NCBI GenBank assembly: GCA_950097015.1
Contig: CATNEN010000038.1
Location: 29,760,001 to 29,824,000, forward strand
Direction: 5' to 3'
Source of the DNA: Macrostomum hystrix
Taxonomy: Eukaryota > Animalia > Platyhelminthes
Length of the DNA: 64,000 nt
Part shown: positions 12,143-23,843 of the stretch, piece after piece
Numbering within the stretch: the first letter of the stretch is position 1
Layout of the letters: each line of letters starts with the position of its first letter
Notes under the pieces: generated by a model
The model's input: the letters and a program-made list of their open reading frames with translations, nothing else
Databases searched by the model: none
What the model was told of the DNA's origin: nothing
Translations under genes and position numbers: made by a program

Positions 12143-12451
12143 AGAGGTTGTAGCCTAGTGGTTAGGGCGTCGGACTCACGACTTGAAGGTCGGGGGTTCG
12201 ATTCCCGACTCCCCTGAAACAATTTGTGTCCTTTAGCAAGACACTTAACTCTGCATTGCTTCAGTTCACCCAGCTGTTAAATGGGTACCAGCATCAGCTG
12301 GGATAATTGAAGGTGGGTGTGGCGTCCCCCCAGTCCATGGACTGAACAGCTGTACGCAGCCTTCAGATGCGCCGCGCATTTGCTGCGGCTGTGCTGTCGG
12401 CTGCACATCTGACCCAATTGGGGCAGGTGTAATCAATTATTAATTATTATT
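12143..12451 (+). mobile_element. tRNA-derived SINE, family A (CORE-like), full length with TSD
   Basis: A box tagcctagtgg, B box ggttcgattcc, gtgtcctttagcaagacacttaac (resembles the CORE-SINE domain), (ATT)n tail, direct repeat tactatactcacaga at 12131-12145 and 12452-12466. Confidence 0.92.
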
Positions 12452-15292
12452 TACTATACTCACAGAATACAACTCACAAACTGATCTGGAATAATAAAAG
12501 AAGAGAATTAAGAATATAGATACAGATTTTTGAAGGGGCGAGCACCCTTTTTCCCTGATCTCTTAGGGAATAATAAAGTTAACAGATTGTGGATAATGGC
12601 GACTGCGTAAATGTTTGTCCCAGATAGCAGCCGCAGATACTACTCCTGTCCGTAGATAATGGGCTCATTTGCTATACCATCGAAAATTCCTGCAGCCTCT
12701 CTTATCTTTAGCTTTTTAATTGCTCGATCTATAGTACCACACAGCCAATTAAATCTTTGGGGACTGCCTGCTTCACCTGTGCGATGCGGCTGGGCACCCG
12801 AAAAAGACTGTGCGTTAAAAACTTTGTTTAGGTTGTCAACCATGTCAGCGATTGGGGCTTGAGATCTGTTAAGTCGCTTGCTTGTGAACAGCAACTCATC
12901 TGCTCTTCTAAGGTCGGACCAGAATCCCTTTGAGGTTCCAGAAGCCGCCATTTTATGATTGCAGTCACTTAGGTCTGTTTGTACATACGTATACTGAGCG
13001 TATGCACCGACACCCCTAATTCCCGGGCACGTGCCTACCACGTAGTTTTATATGGCACCTCTCTCAGCGTGAGAGGGTGTCGCTGCTGCTCAATTGTCAA
13101 TTTTTTTCTTCTTCTTTTTGCATTTACCTCTGGTCGTTTTGTTTCTTCATCCAAAAATACACAGTAAACGGCAATGCTTAATCGCTTTAGGGCCTGCGTC
13201 GCCAAGTTCGTACCGCCACTCGCCTCCGCCTCATTGATCTGAACATTATAAGCGCATTATCAGTTTGTCTTCGTATTTGTTCCTGGCCAGGACTTTAAGG
13301 ACATGCTCAATGTTCTTAATGTCTCATCTCGATTAGTCCAGAACTAGTCCAGTCTTTGCGCAGCTTTCTGCCGCTGAGTCTCTAAGCAGGTTGGTCAAGC
13401 TTAAGGACAATTTTCCAGGGATTCTCCATCCCTTTCATAAATAGATAGCAACTCTCTGATGATTTCTTGGCTTTGCTTTTTCACAGTGTCACAGAAGTTG
13501 TATTTTATTGTATCAGCAATAGAACACGCGATGAAGTAAAGTCATCGCAGTAAGGTACCGTCCAGGTCACGGGGCGATGATAAATAAACCGGTACGGATG
13601 GGGAGGGGCAGAGCTGATTGGTTGGGGCATAGCAGGGCTGCGAGAGAAAAAAAGGGGGGAGGGCTGCCCGGCTCAGCCAATCGGCCCGCGAGGCGTGGGT
13701 GAGGGCAAAGCAAGCGAGCCGGCATAAACAAGGCTAGGGTGCAGCGCGAGCAAAACAAACTAGAGTGCACAGTCACTACAAAAATAAACACAAAAAGAAG
13801 AGCGCCAAGTCAACAGCGCAAGCAGCAGCATCGCTAGCAGCATCGTGCAACCCAGCATTTAATTATCCGAACGGCGACGTCTGGCGCGAAGCAACCCCAG
13901 CAGTCGTGGTTAGAGACCGAGTTGTGTGTATGGCTTTTGTACTACAATCAGACTTGTCTGCGTTTGGTGTACATTCGTAAAGTTCAACCTTCTGATAAGG
14001 CCGTATGTAATATTGATACTCGGTCTTTGCAATATATCGAATCCGTGTCGCGACAGGCGCCGCAACCATATTCCAGTTCCTAGAAAGAGTTCCGCTTGAA
14101 AACTGTAGCTTCATGAATTCGAATTGATATGCTAATTAATTGATTTTTACTTCTTTCTGTCAAGTAGTAAAGTAAGCAATGAATATGAAAAGTCAATAAA
14201 ATTAGTATAAATTCAATTAAAAGTAGTAGAAATGCAAATTAATTCAGTAAAGTAGTATATAAAGCAAACTGAATTAAAAGAAGTATAAATGTGAGTAGTA
14301 TTAATGCAAATTAAATTCAACACAAGTAGTATAAATGCAAATTAAATTCAATAAAAGTGGTATAGATGAATCGTAAAACTGTAATAGGCAAAAATATAAA
14401 TGATAAGCAAAGAGGAGAAGCAAGAAGGACAGGAGCAGGGGAACGGGAACAGGGACAGGGGCAGGGGACAGGAACAGGGGCTAGCCTCTTAGAGAGGGTA
14501 GCAAGAGGAGGAGGAGAGGGGAGAGGAGGAGGAGCAGGAAGGGGACAGAGGGAGAAGGCCCTCCTCTTAGAGAGGAGGCAAGGAGAGAGGAACTGGCCTA
14601 CCCTAGCGACTATGAGGGTTTACCCCTTAGAGAGGTAAAAATCTAGCTGAGCGGCTCCTAAAACCACACCAGTAATTTGTCACACTGGCTTGGATGCGGT
14701 TCTGTCTGGATATTTCCGCTCTCTGGACTGTGAGGTCCCTAAGTTTGGAAGGATCCGACAGACAATATGACAATGTGTATAATCTCTGTCCGTTCTAGGC
14801 AAGTCGTGTCCAATTAATCAATTAGGTGTGTGCGATGATACTATAAGTAGCTGATTGCAGGTAGCAGAACAATGCATACTGAATTGGCAGACAGCCAAGC
14901 TGTCCACGAACTAAGCAGATTGATGAATCTTGATGCACCACTTGCAATTCTGTGTTTTAGAGAAAAACACAGATAACTACTGCTCCGTTTTATTAACTTG
15001 TTTAAACCACAGGTGATGTATTATCTTAAAAAATTCTTAGGATGTGGAACGTCTACAAGCGTAAGTTGGTGTTTAACGACCACATAGCCAACTTCAAGTA
15101 GGGTGAATCGGAGAGAATCAAATGAAATTTAATTAAGACTTTTAGACAGGAAAATATTTTTGAGTTTGCAAAGAACGCGAAACACAGATGGTCAATATTC
15201 AGCGTATATTTTAATGTTCACGCGTCTGCTATAGTTCGAGGGCTATCGGGTGAGCATCTCAGGCAACCAGCGAGACGCATTGCGGTCGGTTC

Positions 15293-15505
15293 TTATTGTC
15301 CAGGAGAGTTCAGATTGCAGCTAGGGCATCATGCATCAGTGCAAGGAGTGAATATATTTTGTTTGAGGCACGATTCCGAAGCGGACTCGCAGCCAGGTGT
15401 GAAAAATCCCAGACATTTGTCTCCACCGTCGCAGAAGCAGCCGAAGGCATCGGCCAACTGGTTGAGGCAGAGCAGTAGGGCGGCAATGATGAGAATTCTC
15501 AGCAT
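15293..15505 (-). CDS. Small secreted cysteine-rich, defensin/anemone-toxin-like peptide; TGA at 15329-15331, frame continues to TAA at 15293-15295
   Basis: Signal peptide MLRILIIAALLLCLNQLADA, then FGCFCDGGDKCLGFFTPGCESASESCLKQNIFTPCTDA*CPSCNLNSPGQ; gccATG context; attaaa about 80 nt downstream. Confidence 0.7.
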
Positions 15506-16423
15506 GGCCTGGTTGTTTTGAAGCTCAGATTGTACAAGATTTGCAGAGTTGGAGAGGAGTTTCGATGAGTGTTCGGTGCACAATGGCCGGCTTGCATGCT
15601 TAAATTCTGCAGAGAGACCGGAAGCCTCGGCTAAACGGGCAGCCGTTTATGGCTCATTTTTGCAGCTCTCCATAAACGGAGATTGACGCTCAAAATTGTT
15701 CGGCCTCAGTTATGTTTTTATGGTTCAGCTTATCAACTTCCTGTGGACAATTCAGGTGATGAGAGTGAAGAAACGAATATTTGCACGTGTTTTTCCATTG
15801 TTTGGAGCAAGATGGGTAGAAGTCTAAGCGATTTGCATGCAGCTGGGACATATTGGCTCTCTCGGGCGTGTCGCCATTTGCTGCTCTTGTGTGTCGGTCG
15901 GTTTTCGAAGAACAGTACGGAGAGTTTTAGCATACAAAGTAGAGATAGAGCACAGATGTTGCAGTTACAGCAGCAGCTAGTCGGAGCTCTCGGACATCCG
16001 ACACTGTTAGACACTGTCTAAAGTGTTTAAAGACGTCCGGAAAGAAATTCGCTCAGCTTTGATCTTTCCGCCTCGAAAAATTCTCGATTTTTTTGCCCGA
16101 ACTCCAATTCGCTTCAGTCTTAATACTTATCTCCTGAGAAACCGAGAACAATCAAGTTGAGCTCGTGGTTATAGAAGATCTGCTGGCTAATCGGTTAAAA
16201 TAACTCATAAACTTCTCAATTTATGACTCAGCTACGCGGAAGGTCTCGACTCGACTGATTCTCCTTGCTGGTTTATTTGAGACGTCTTTGGGGATTTTGG
16301 CTTCAATAATTTTATAGAGTTTTATGACCTTGAAGCTTGGCTTTCTTTTACAAAAACTCGGTCCAGGAGATGTTGCTCGTGTCAAATAGCGTCATTCGTC
16401 TTTCTAAGTGCTGTATTCTCTTG

Positions 16424-16725
16424 AGAGGTTGTAACCTTGTGGTTAGGGCGTCGGACTCACGACTTTAAGGTCGGGGGTTCTTTTCCTGACTCCACTGGAA
16501 CAATTTGTGTCCTTTAGCAAGACACTTAAATCTGCATTGCTTCAGTTCACCCAGATGTTAAATGGGTACCAGCATTAGCTGGGATAATTGAAGGTACGTG
16601 TGGCGTCTACTCAGTCCATGGACTGATCAGCCGTGCGCAGCCTTCAGATGCGCCGCGCAATAGCTGCGGCTGTGCTGCCGGCTGCACATCTGGCCCAATC
16701 GGACAGGTGTAATCAATAAAAATAA
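16424..16725 (+). mobile_element. SINE family A copy
   Basis: Collinear with 12143-12451; B box degenerate; A-rich tail. Confidence 0.92.
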
Positions 16726-16782
16726 AATTTAAATTAATTCATTATTCAATTGAATTAAAACTAAAATGATGCAGCTGAAATT

Positions 16783-17480
16783 TCACAGCCAGATGTTATT
16801 CTGTGGAAGATTTGCCACTGGCGACCACGGGCAACCAGGAGTGTTGTAATGTATTGTGAAGTGCTCCGCCTTCGATCTAGATGAATTTTTTTTACTGTAG
16901 ATTTTTCCCAGCAGACATCCCAATTCCAGCATGACCGGAGACATCATGTCTGCCCTGATGTGACTGCCGTTGTCACTATACAACGCCGAGTCGTGGACCA
17001 GTAAGACCGATTAACAAATATACGGTTTTTTACTTTGTCAAGACCAGGACGAGAAACGCTTTGTTAAGCGTTTGTTTTATCCTAGTATGAATTCCTACTG
17101 GAGCGACCGGTTGATGGGTCGACGTCAAACCGTGTGCTTGACTGCGTTTGGCCCAGCGCCTATTAAAAAAACTTGTTGACCTTGAAGCGAGTGTCGGCTT
17201 GGGGGTCAACGCGATGTAGACAGTCAAGCTCTTCAAGCGGATGACATCAGTTTCGTAGACAGAGAATATACCTAATAGGCAGAGGATGACGCTCTTACAG
17301 ACATTCTTAGAGTCCTTCCTGTTGTACAACGCCGAGAACTGCGCGCTGACAGACTCGCTGAACCACTGTCCAAGTGGTTGATGCTGGCCTGCTGTGCCCG
17401 CCTTCAGCGACGAGTGAGTTCCATCGTCGCTCTAAGCCTGGCCTGACCAAGTGAAATGCTGCGCGTCGTCGGTGACTCCA
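16783..17480 (-). mobile_element. Possible highly decayed retroviral-type integrase fragment
   Basis: GVVYSDNGSHIR resembles the rve second-Asp motif (xSDNGxxF); surrounding frames are broken. Confidence 0.35.
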
Positions 17481-18797
17481 TCTGGCAGTCCAAATCGACA
17501 GAGAAATTTCCGGTGTTGGAAGTGCTGATGCTCGCCGTTTGTTCAACTGGTTGACGCTGTCGCCCCGGACTTTGCCTGCAGTGCTACCTTTTTTACCGCA
17601 CAGCTCCATGCGATGCATGAATTGGGATTTTACAGCGTGCCCTGCAGTTTTTATTGCAATATGATATGGTTGCAAGATGTTAGCAGCGCTACTGTGAGTA
17701 GAGCGAAATGAATGTTAATGGACTTTAGGATTGCTGGGTCCTTGTAATTAAAGCAATGTAAATTTGTTACACAAAACTGGCCATCAGCACACACTGATCG
17801 AACCTTGAACTCATTGATGAAACCATCAACACACCGATCAAACCATCAATGCACTGATCTGACAATCATAGAACCAGCGCACTTTTGCGAACAATATTTT
17901 TGACTCGCAACACATATGTACTTGTTACATATCACTATTTCACCAAGTCACTACTTGTAGGCCATCACAAGGAGCTAATATCAAGGGGGATTTCCATCCT
18001 GACAAAGTTTTGTGCTGCACCCAAACGGAGCAATGCAAGCACACGAAACTCAAGAACACGGGCTAAATTTTTGTTGCGCATCTTTTGAAACAATAATCAA
18101 GCCACCAGCTCTTTAGACCGTCGAGATATTCGATGGTTCTTGCCGAAGGTCAGATTTTTCCCATAAGCGCTAGTGTATTTTCATGCAAGCTAATACACGA
18201 ATTAGCACTGCGCCTCAGGAGCGGCCCTGCCAGGCCTTTAAAATGTATCAGCATGACACCCGGATGTACCTGCATCATCTCCGTCTTCGGTGGTCACCTA
18301 CCTTTATCTAGACAGACTGCTGCACCTTAATTCAAGGGCTTCTACAGGCGGAACTAGTGTAGAGATAGGAAAATGCAAGGTCTTTAAGGTAAAATTTAAG
18401 ATGCAAAAAACGCTCATATATATAGTGCAATAAAATGATAGAAAGATGAAAGATAATGCTTTAAGGTTCCACAATTTTTATTGAAAAAAATTGACTTGAT
18501 AATTCTGTTGCGACATGAATTCACAAGTAAAAAAATTACATTTAGTTTTTGTGTTTTATTGCCTCTTCTAGCTAGGGTGTTTGGTGAGACCTTTCTTTAT
18601 CTTTCTCGGGAATTTTACCTGAAGATTTGTAGATTTGAACTCGAGATTTGATATTACCGGATGGCGCATAGGAACAACTCTAAAACTTTAATAACTATCC
18701 CAGGCATAAAGAATCGTGAAAAATTTCAGTCTTAAACAACATAAAATAAGATTCTTTTCTGTATAAATTTTTTTTACATTTAAAATTACCTGACGGG

Positions 18798-19058
18798 CTA
18801 AATTATGTTCTCAAAGTGAACACCATTTTGCTCATGGCAGAGCTCCAGACGCTTGACGACGCGGCTTGTAATAGCTGCTTGGAACACACTGTGTGGAGTA
18901 TTGCCACTAGAAGACACAATCTGCTGCTTCAGCTCCAGAATGGAGACCACCCGTCGTACATACTCAGCGTTTGAGATCACCCACAGGTAGAAGTCGCATT
19001 GGGGTGAGATCGAGGCTACGAGTAGGCCAGCGCACAGGTCCTTCATAGCCTATCCACT
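18798..19058 (-). mobile_element. Tc1/mariner-superfamily (rosa/maT-like) transposase C-terminal remnant
   Basis: WIGYEGPVRWPTRSLDLTP / CDFYLW...LELKQQI...KRLELCHEQNGVHFENII matches the WIG..GP..WPxRSPDLTPxDFxLWG...GxHFE end, with frameshifts. Confidence 0.8.
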
Positions 19059-19190
19059 GGTAGAATAAATTTTACTCATAAAACAGCACTCGCCAGACAT
19101 TTTAGGAATGCTACTCGTAATCACTGCCGTATTGACTTATGACGCATGTGTTAAGGTCATCTTCCAAAGTACAAAACAAAGCTTGTTCGT

Positions 19191-22108
19191 TCAGTCTCTT
19201 TTGCTGCGTACTAGATTCACATCGAACGGCAGATTATTCCGCTTCAAGCGCCACAGAAATCTCCGCCTGCGCGCCTCCAGTCGATGCAAGCGTCGCCTGT
19301 GTCGACGAAACCGGCATCGGATGCCGACGGCTCGCTGAGCCAAACGAAGACGCTTCGCAGCTGCTGCGCGAATCCGTCGAATCAGTCGGGTCCGGCGGCG
19401 TCTCAAACTGGCGATGCGAGCGGCTCCAACTGCGATGCCGCGTTGCAGGCTGTGCCTTGCTGACGATGCCGACTGCGCCTTGGCTGATGCATTCTGCGTG
19501 TTTTGTCATTCAGGGCTTAACTTCGCAATAATAATTTTAGATAAAATTTAGCACGTTTTTTTTCGCGCGAGAGAGACCACAGGGATATTTGAAATACACA
19601 CAGCCTAATTCACGATAGTTCCCGAACCGAGTGACCGATTTTCGTCGAAGTCCACTATTTGGATCAAAATTTTCCACCCTTAAGATGAACTAACTTTCAA
19701 AGCCGTCCGAGCCAGTATCGTCGGGATATTCAGCGATTCTTGTCGAAGAGCCAACTAGCAAGGAAAAATAACATTGCTCTATCTATTTTTTGTCACAAAA
19801 CCTCTGGGGTTTTTGTCCCCAGACACCCCGACGAGAACCGTTGAATATCTAGACGATGCTGATGTTTTGTGATTCCGGAAGTTATTTGATCGGATAGAGC
19901 GGAAAACTTTTGCCCGTGTTCTGCGTTTTAATGACGATTGGTTGAATATTTTAGGAGATACAGAAAAAAGAAACACGTGGGTATTTGAAATACCCCTTCC
20001 CTTTTAATGATAGGCGCTGCGCCATACCTTGTGATTTTCATCGCTTTTTCTTGGCTTGTCCATTCGGCTCAGGAGTGCCCGACGTTGAATTTCTAGAGCG
20101 TCGATTCGTCGTTCAAGGCGCCGCCGCCTCGCCCTGAGCCTGGTTAGGCGATGGTGGAGGCGCACTCGGCTGTTTCTAATATACACTTGGTGACTCTTGA
20201 ACAAGCTGACTCTGCGATTTTCGTAGCGAATCAACGACTTGAAGTGATTCAATCTATTTACAATACGCTTAGCAATGAGCTCTTCAGGCTTTCTGGGTAC
20301 GTACTCTAGTATTTTCACGTAAGCATCAAGCCCGTGTTTCACCAACAGCCTGTAATACTTAATCGCCTCATTGTTCAGTGCCGCAACGATCTTCTGCTCA
20401 AGTCTTTTTTCCTGGATAATCTTAACTTTTAAAGCTTTCTCCTGTTGCCTAATGTTGGCCTTCTTTGTAGATTTTTTCGCAGACTTTTTTCTCAGCTCAG
20501 AAAATTCAGTTTTCCATCCGATCAGTTTTCGTCTCGAAGTGAGCAATGCGCAGGCGAACTGATAAAAGCGCTTGAATGTATCATCGAATTGAGCGATTAA
20601 CTGCTTCAAGCCTTTGCGGCTGGTTAGCAGAACAGCCACATTGTACTTACTCTTCTTAGCGATTTCGATAATGCGTCCCGTATCGAAGATGCGCAGCCTT
20701 TGAACATTTCTGGCCAACGATTTGAACCGTTTCAAAGCGTCTATTCGCTGACGCCGCCTGCGTTTATTGAGCACTGCGATTCGTCTTCGAAGAATTCTTT
20801 GCCTCCTAGACACCCGTCTAACCCGATGTCGCAATGCGGCCCGTTGGATTTGCAGACTCCGAATATACAGGATGCAGCTAGCCAACTGTAGTGAGACTCG
20901 CCTCTGAGCCTCTTTGATCTTTGTCGAAGCTTTGCTAGCCCGCAGCATCGCATGCATTCGAACGAGCCGGATGCGCCTCGCCATCGCGGCGTTAATCTGT
21001 TTTGTCACATCAGCTTTACGAACAGTCAGGCGTTTCAAGCGCTTAGTTAGGACCATCGAGTGTTGTCGAATTCTGTTGGTGCGCAGTCGGAAAAGCAGCG
21101 TTCGGTAGATATCACGCTTCAGCGTTAGTTGTGCGCTGCGAAAATGGTTCATTGTTACACTGATTGACCGGCTCCTGAGGTGCTTGATCTTAATCGTGGC
21201 CTTCTTTTCTGATCTTTGATTTTGAAAATCAGCCATTGATTGATTTTGTCTAATTCGTTTTCTTTCTAATATTTTCTTTAATTTATTTACTTTAATCGAG
21301 ATTTCCCGCATTTGCAACGATAATTTCTTCTGGCTTTTCTCATAGCTCTCTGTTAGATGATGCAGAAGATTGTGTAGCAGCTGTTCCGAACCCTGACTTC
21401 GTCCTTTGCCATCTAAAATAGGTGAGACGGCGCAGATTACACAACGATATATTTTCAACGGGGGGTCGGTGGCAGAGCGGCTAACGCGTTCGCCTCTCGC
21501 ACCAAGGTCACTAATTTCGATTCCACGGTGACGCCACATTCATTTGGGGCGCAGCCGCGGAGAGAAGGCTTGGGGGCTCGTCGTGCAATTTACGCCCTTG
21601 AGGGCCAACCTCCAAGGCACAGTGAAGTAAGTGTACAGTGCCTGACGATGAGAAAGTCAGGGCAGATGTACACACCTGTGTGAGCGTGTGCCTGCGTACA
21701 GTATTTGTTTGTGTGTGTTTAGAAGTCAGCGAAATGGGCGGAATTGTCTCCTTGCTGGCTGCGGGTCTAGTGTCACCAAATGATGTGCCATTGCCTGCAG
21801 CCATCCTGCAATTATTATTATCATTATTATATTTTCAACAGATATTTTCTTACAGTCTAGCACAGCATTTTTCGGCATACTTCCAAAAGGTAGCATACGG
21901 ATCTACCGATGGTATAAGCTAATTACCACAGGAGATCTGTCATGGTGCCCTATGTTTACTTGATTGCTTGATAAACTAATATATACAAACTAATTCATAG
22001 ACATGTCAACGCGTTGCCATAGTTACCTTTGCCTACAGTGGCTTCCAAATCAGCAGACAGAATTAAAACTAGCAGTCCAGCGACGAAAATAATGTTGCAG
22101 AGCTGCAT
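19191..22108 (-). CDS. Secreted, extremely Arg/Lys-rich helical protein, ~589 aa; exons 22027-22108, 20028-21412, 19191-19493
   Basis: Exon 1 encodes signal peptide MQLCNIIFVAGLLVLILSADLEA with phase-1 gtaact donor matching acceptor ttttag|AT at 21412. Phase-0 donor gtatgg at 20027 fits cgcag|AAT at 19493, and exon 3 has the same R-rich character. Alternative endings exist (stop at 20004, or acceptor at 19921). Confidence 0.75.
21460..21827 (+). mobile_element. tRNA-derived SINE, family B, full length with TSD, in intron 1 of the K/R-rich gene
   Basis: A box tggcagagcgg, B-box-like ttcgattcc, (ATT)n tail, TSD tatattttcaac at 21448-21459 and 21828-21839. Confidence 0.9.
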
Positions 22109-22510
22109 ACTAAAGTACTCTGACTGCGTCTAGTTTGATTGTTAAAGTTAATAATCGAGAAATGTGAGATATTTGTAGCGAGGTATAATGTCCTAAGTTT
22201 TATATAGTATACATGTCATATAGTCACAATTTACAAAGTTAGCTATCGTTGAGCTCAGAGAAAAAAAAGAAACAAAAAATTAAGCTCGGAAGCGAATAAA
22301 TAAATCAATAATTTAAGCTGCTGTTTGGACTCCTAAGTGCGCCCAATAGCACTTGTGCAGCAGCTTATTATACGAGCTACAAGCGAAAAAACTTCTGCGT
22401 GGAAAGACACTTGAGACCCTATTGTTGTATTGAACTTAACTTGTTTGAGACAGTCTGCAATATTCATTAAATTTATTTGTGTGATATAGGCTGTTTTTTG
22501 TTAGACTAAA

Positions 22511-23360
22511 TGGATGGTTATGTGTTGCACAGGATGGTTATGTGTTGCACAGGATGGTTATGTGTTGCACAGGATGGTTATGTGTTGCACAGGATGGTTA
22601 TGTGTTGCACAGGATGGTTATGTGTTGCACAGGATGGTTATGTGTTGGATAGGATGGTTATGTGTTGGATAGGAAGGTTATGTGTTGGATAGGAAGGTTA
22701 TGTGTTGCACAGGATGGTTATGTGTTGCACAGGATGGTTATGTGTTGGATAGGATGGTTATGTGTTGGATAGGAAGGTTATGTGTTGGATAGGATGGTTA
22801 TGTGTTGGATAGGAAGGTTATGTGCTGGACAGGAAGTTTATGTGTTGGACAGGAAGGTTATGTGTTGCACAGGATAGTTATGTGTTGGATAGGAAGGTTA
22901 TGTGCTGGACAGGAAGGTTATGTGTTGCACAGGATGGTTATGTGTTGGATAGGAAGGTTATGTGTTGCACATGATAGTTATGTGTTGGATAGGAAGGTTA
23001 TGTGCTGGACAGGAAGGTTATGTGTTGCACAGGATGGTTATGTGTTGGATAGGAAAGTTATGTGCTGGACAGGAAGTTTATGTGTTGGACAGGAAGGTTA
23101 TGTGTTGGACAGGAAGGTTATGTGTTGGACAGGAAGTTTATGTGTTGGATAGGAAGGTTATGTGTTGCACAGGATAGTTATGTGTTGGGCAGGAAGGTTA
23201 TGTGTTTGACAGGAAGGTTATGTGTTTTACAGGAAGGTTATGTGTTGGACAGGAAGGTTATGTGTTTTACAGGAAGGTTATGTGTTTCACAGGAAGGTTA
23301 TGTGTTGGACAAGAAGGTTATGTGTTTCACAGGAAGGTTAATTGTTGGACAGGATGGTTA
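22511..23360. repeat. 20-bp minisatellite between divergent genes
   Basis: Unit ggatggttatgtgttgcaca and variants, about 42 copies. Confidence 0.97.
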
Positions 23361-23843
23361 CGAGCGTATGTGCTATAAAAAACTGCTACAGTCTAAACGA
23401 AGAAAGCTATAGGCCTAAACAGAAAGCTATTTGTTTAGCGAAATATGTTTTTCTCGGCTTCAGCTGGTTCTGGAGGACAAAGAGGACAAACTGATTAAAG
23501 CCGTCAGCAGAAACGATGCCATCAGATAATGTGGATAGTTTGTAACTAAAGCTCGCTGTAGGTAACGCAAGTCGATTTATTTAAAAAAATCTATCAGGAA
23601 CTCGTCTTTTGAATAGGTCTCTCTGAATAATAAGTAGGCACAGCTTTACAATGTCAGCCATCAAATACATTAGCGTTAATTCATCTCACCCAGTGACACT
23701 TTGTTCTTAAGTGAATTAGTCTATGGCTAAAATCCAGTTCAATAGCTAGCTGGCTAATAAGCTAATCCTCACTAGTTGGAGTTTATCGAAAACTAAGATT
23801 GCGCATATAAACTTCACGTCAACGAATTTTCAAAGCATTTGGA

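Noticed and set aside
12146-12215. tRNA-like sequence with A and B boxes
   Set aside because: It is the head of a SINE: followed by a shared body, tail and TSD, with three other copies.
14366-14638. Gly/Arg/Glu-rich 90 aa ORF
   Set aside because: Purine-rich low-complexity DNA with no recognisable domain.
15200-15335. SECIS element for the peptide's TGA
   Set aside because: The only ATGA-N12-AA-N22-GA pattern overlaps the TGA itself and lacks convincing pairing.
21413-21539. N-terminus of the 511 aa ORF (MWRHRGIE...)
   Set aside because: Antisense SINE B and intron sequence; the better start is the signal-peptide exon at 22108.
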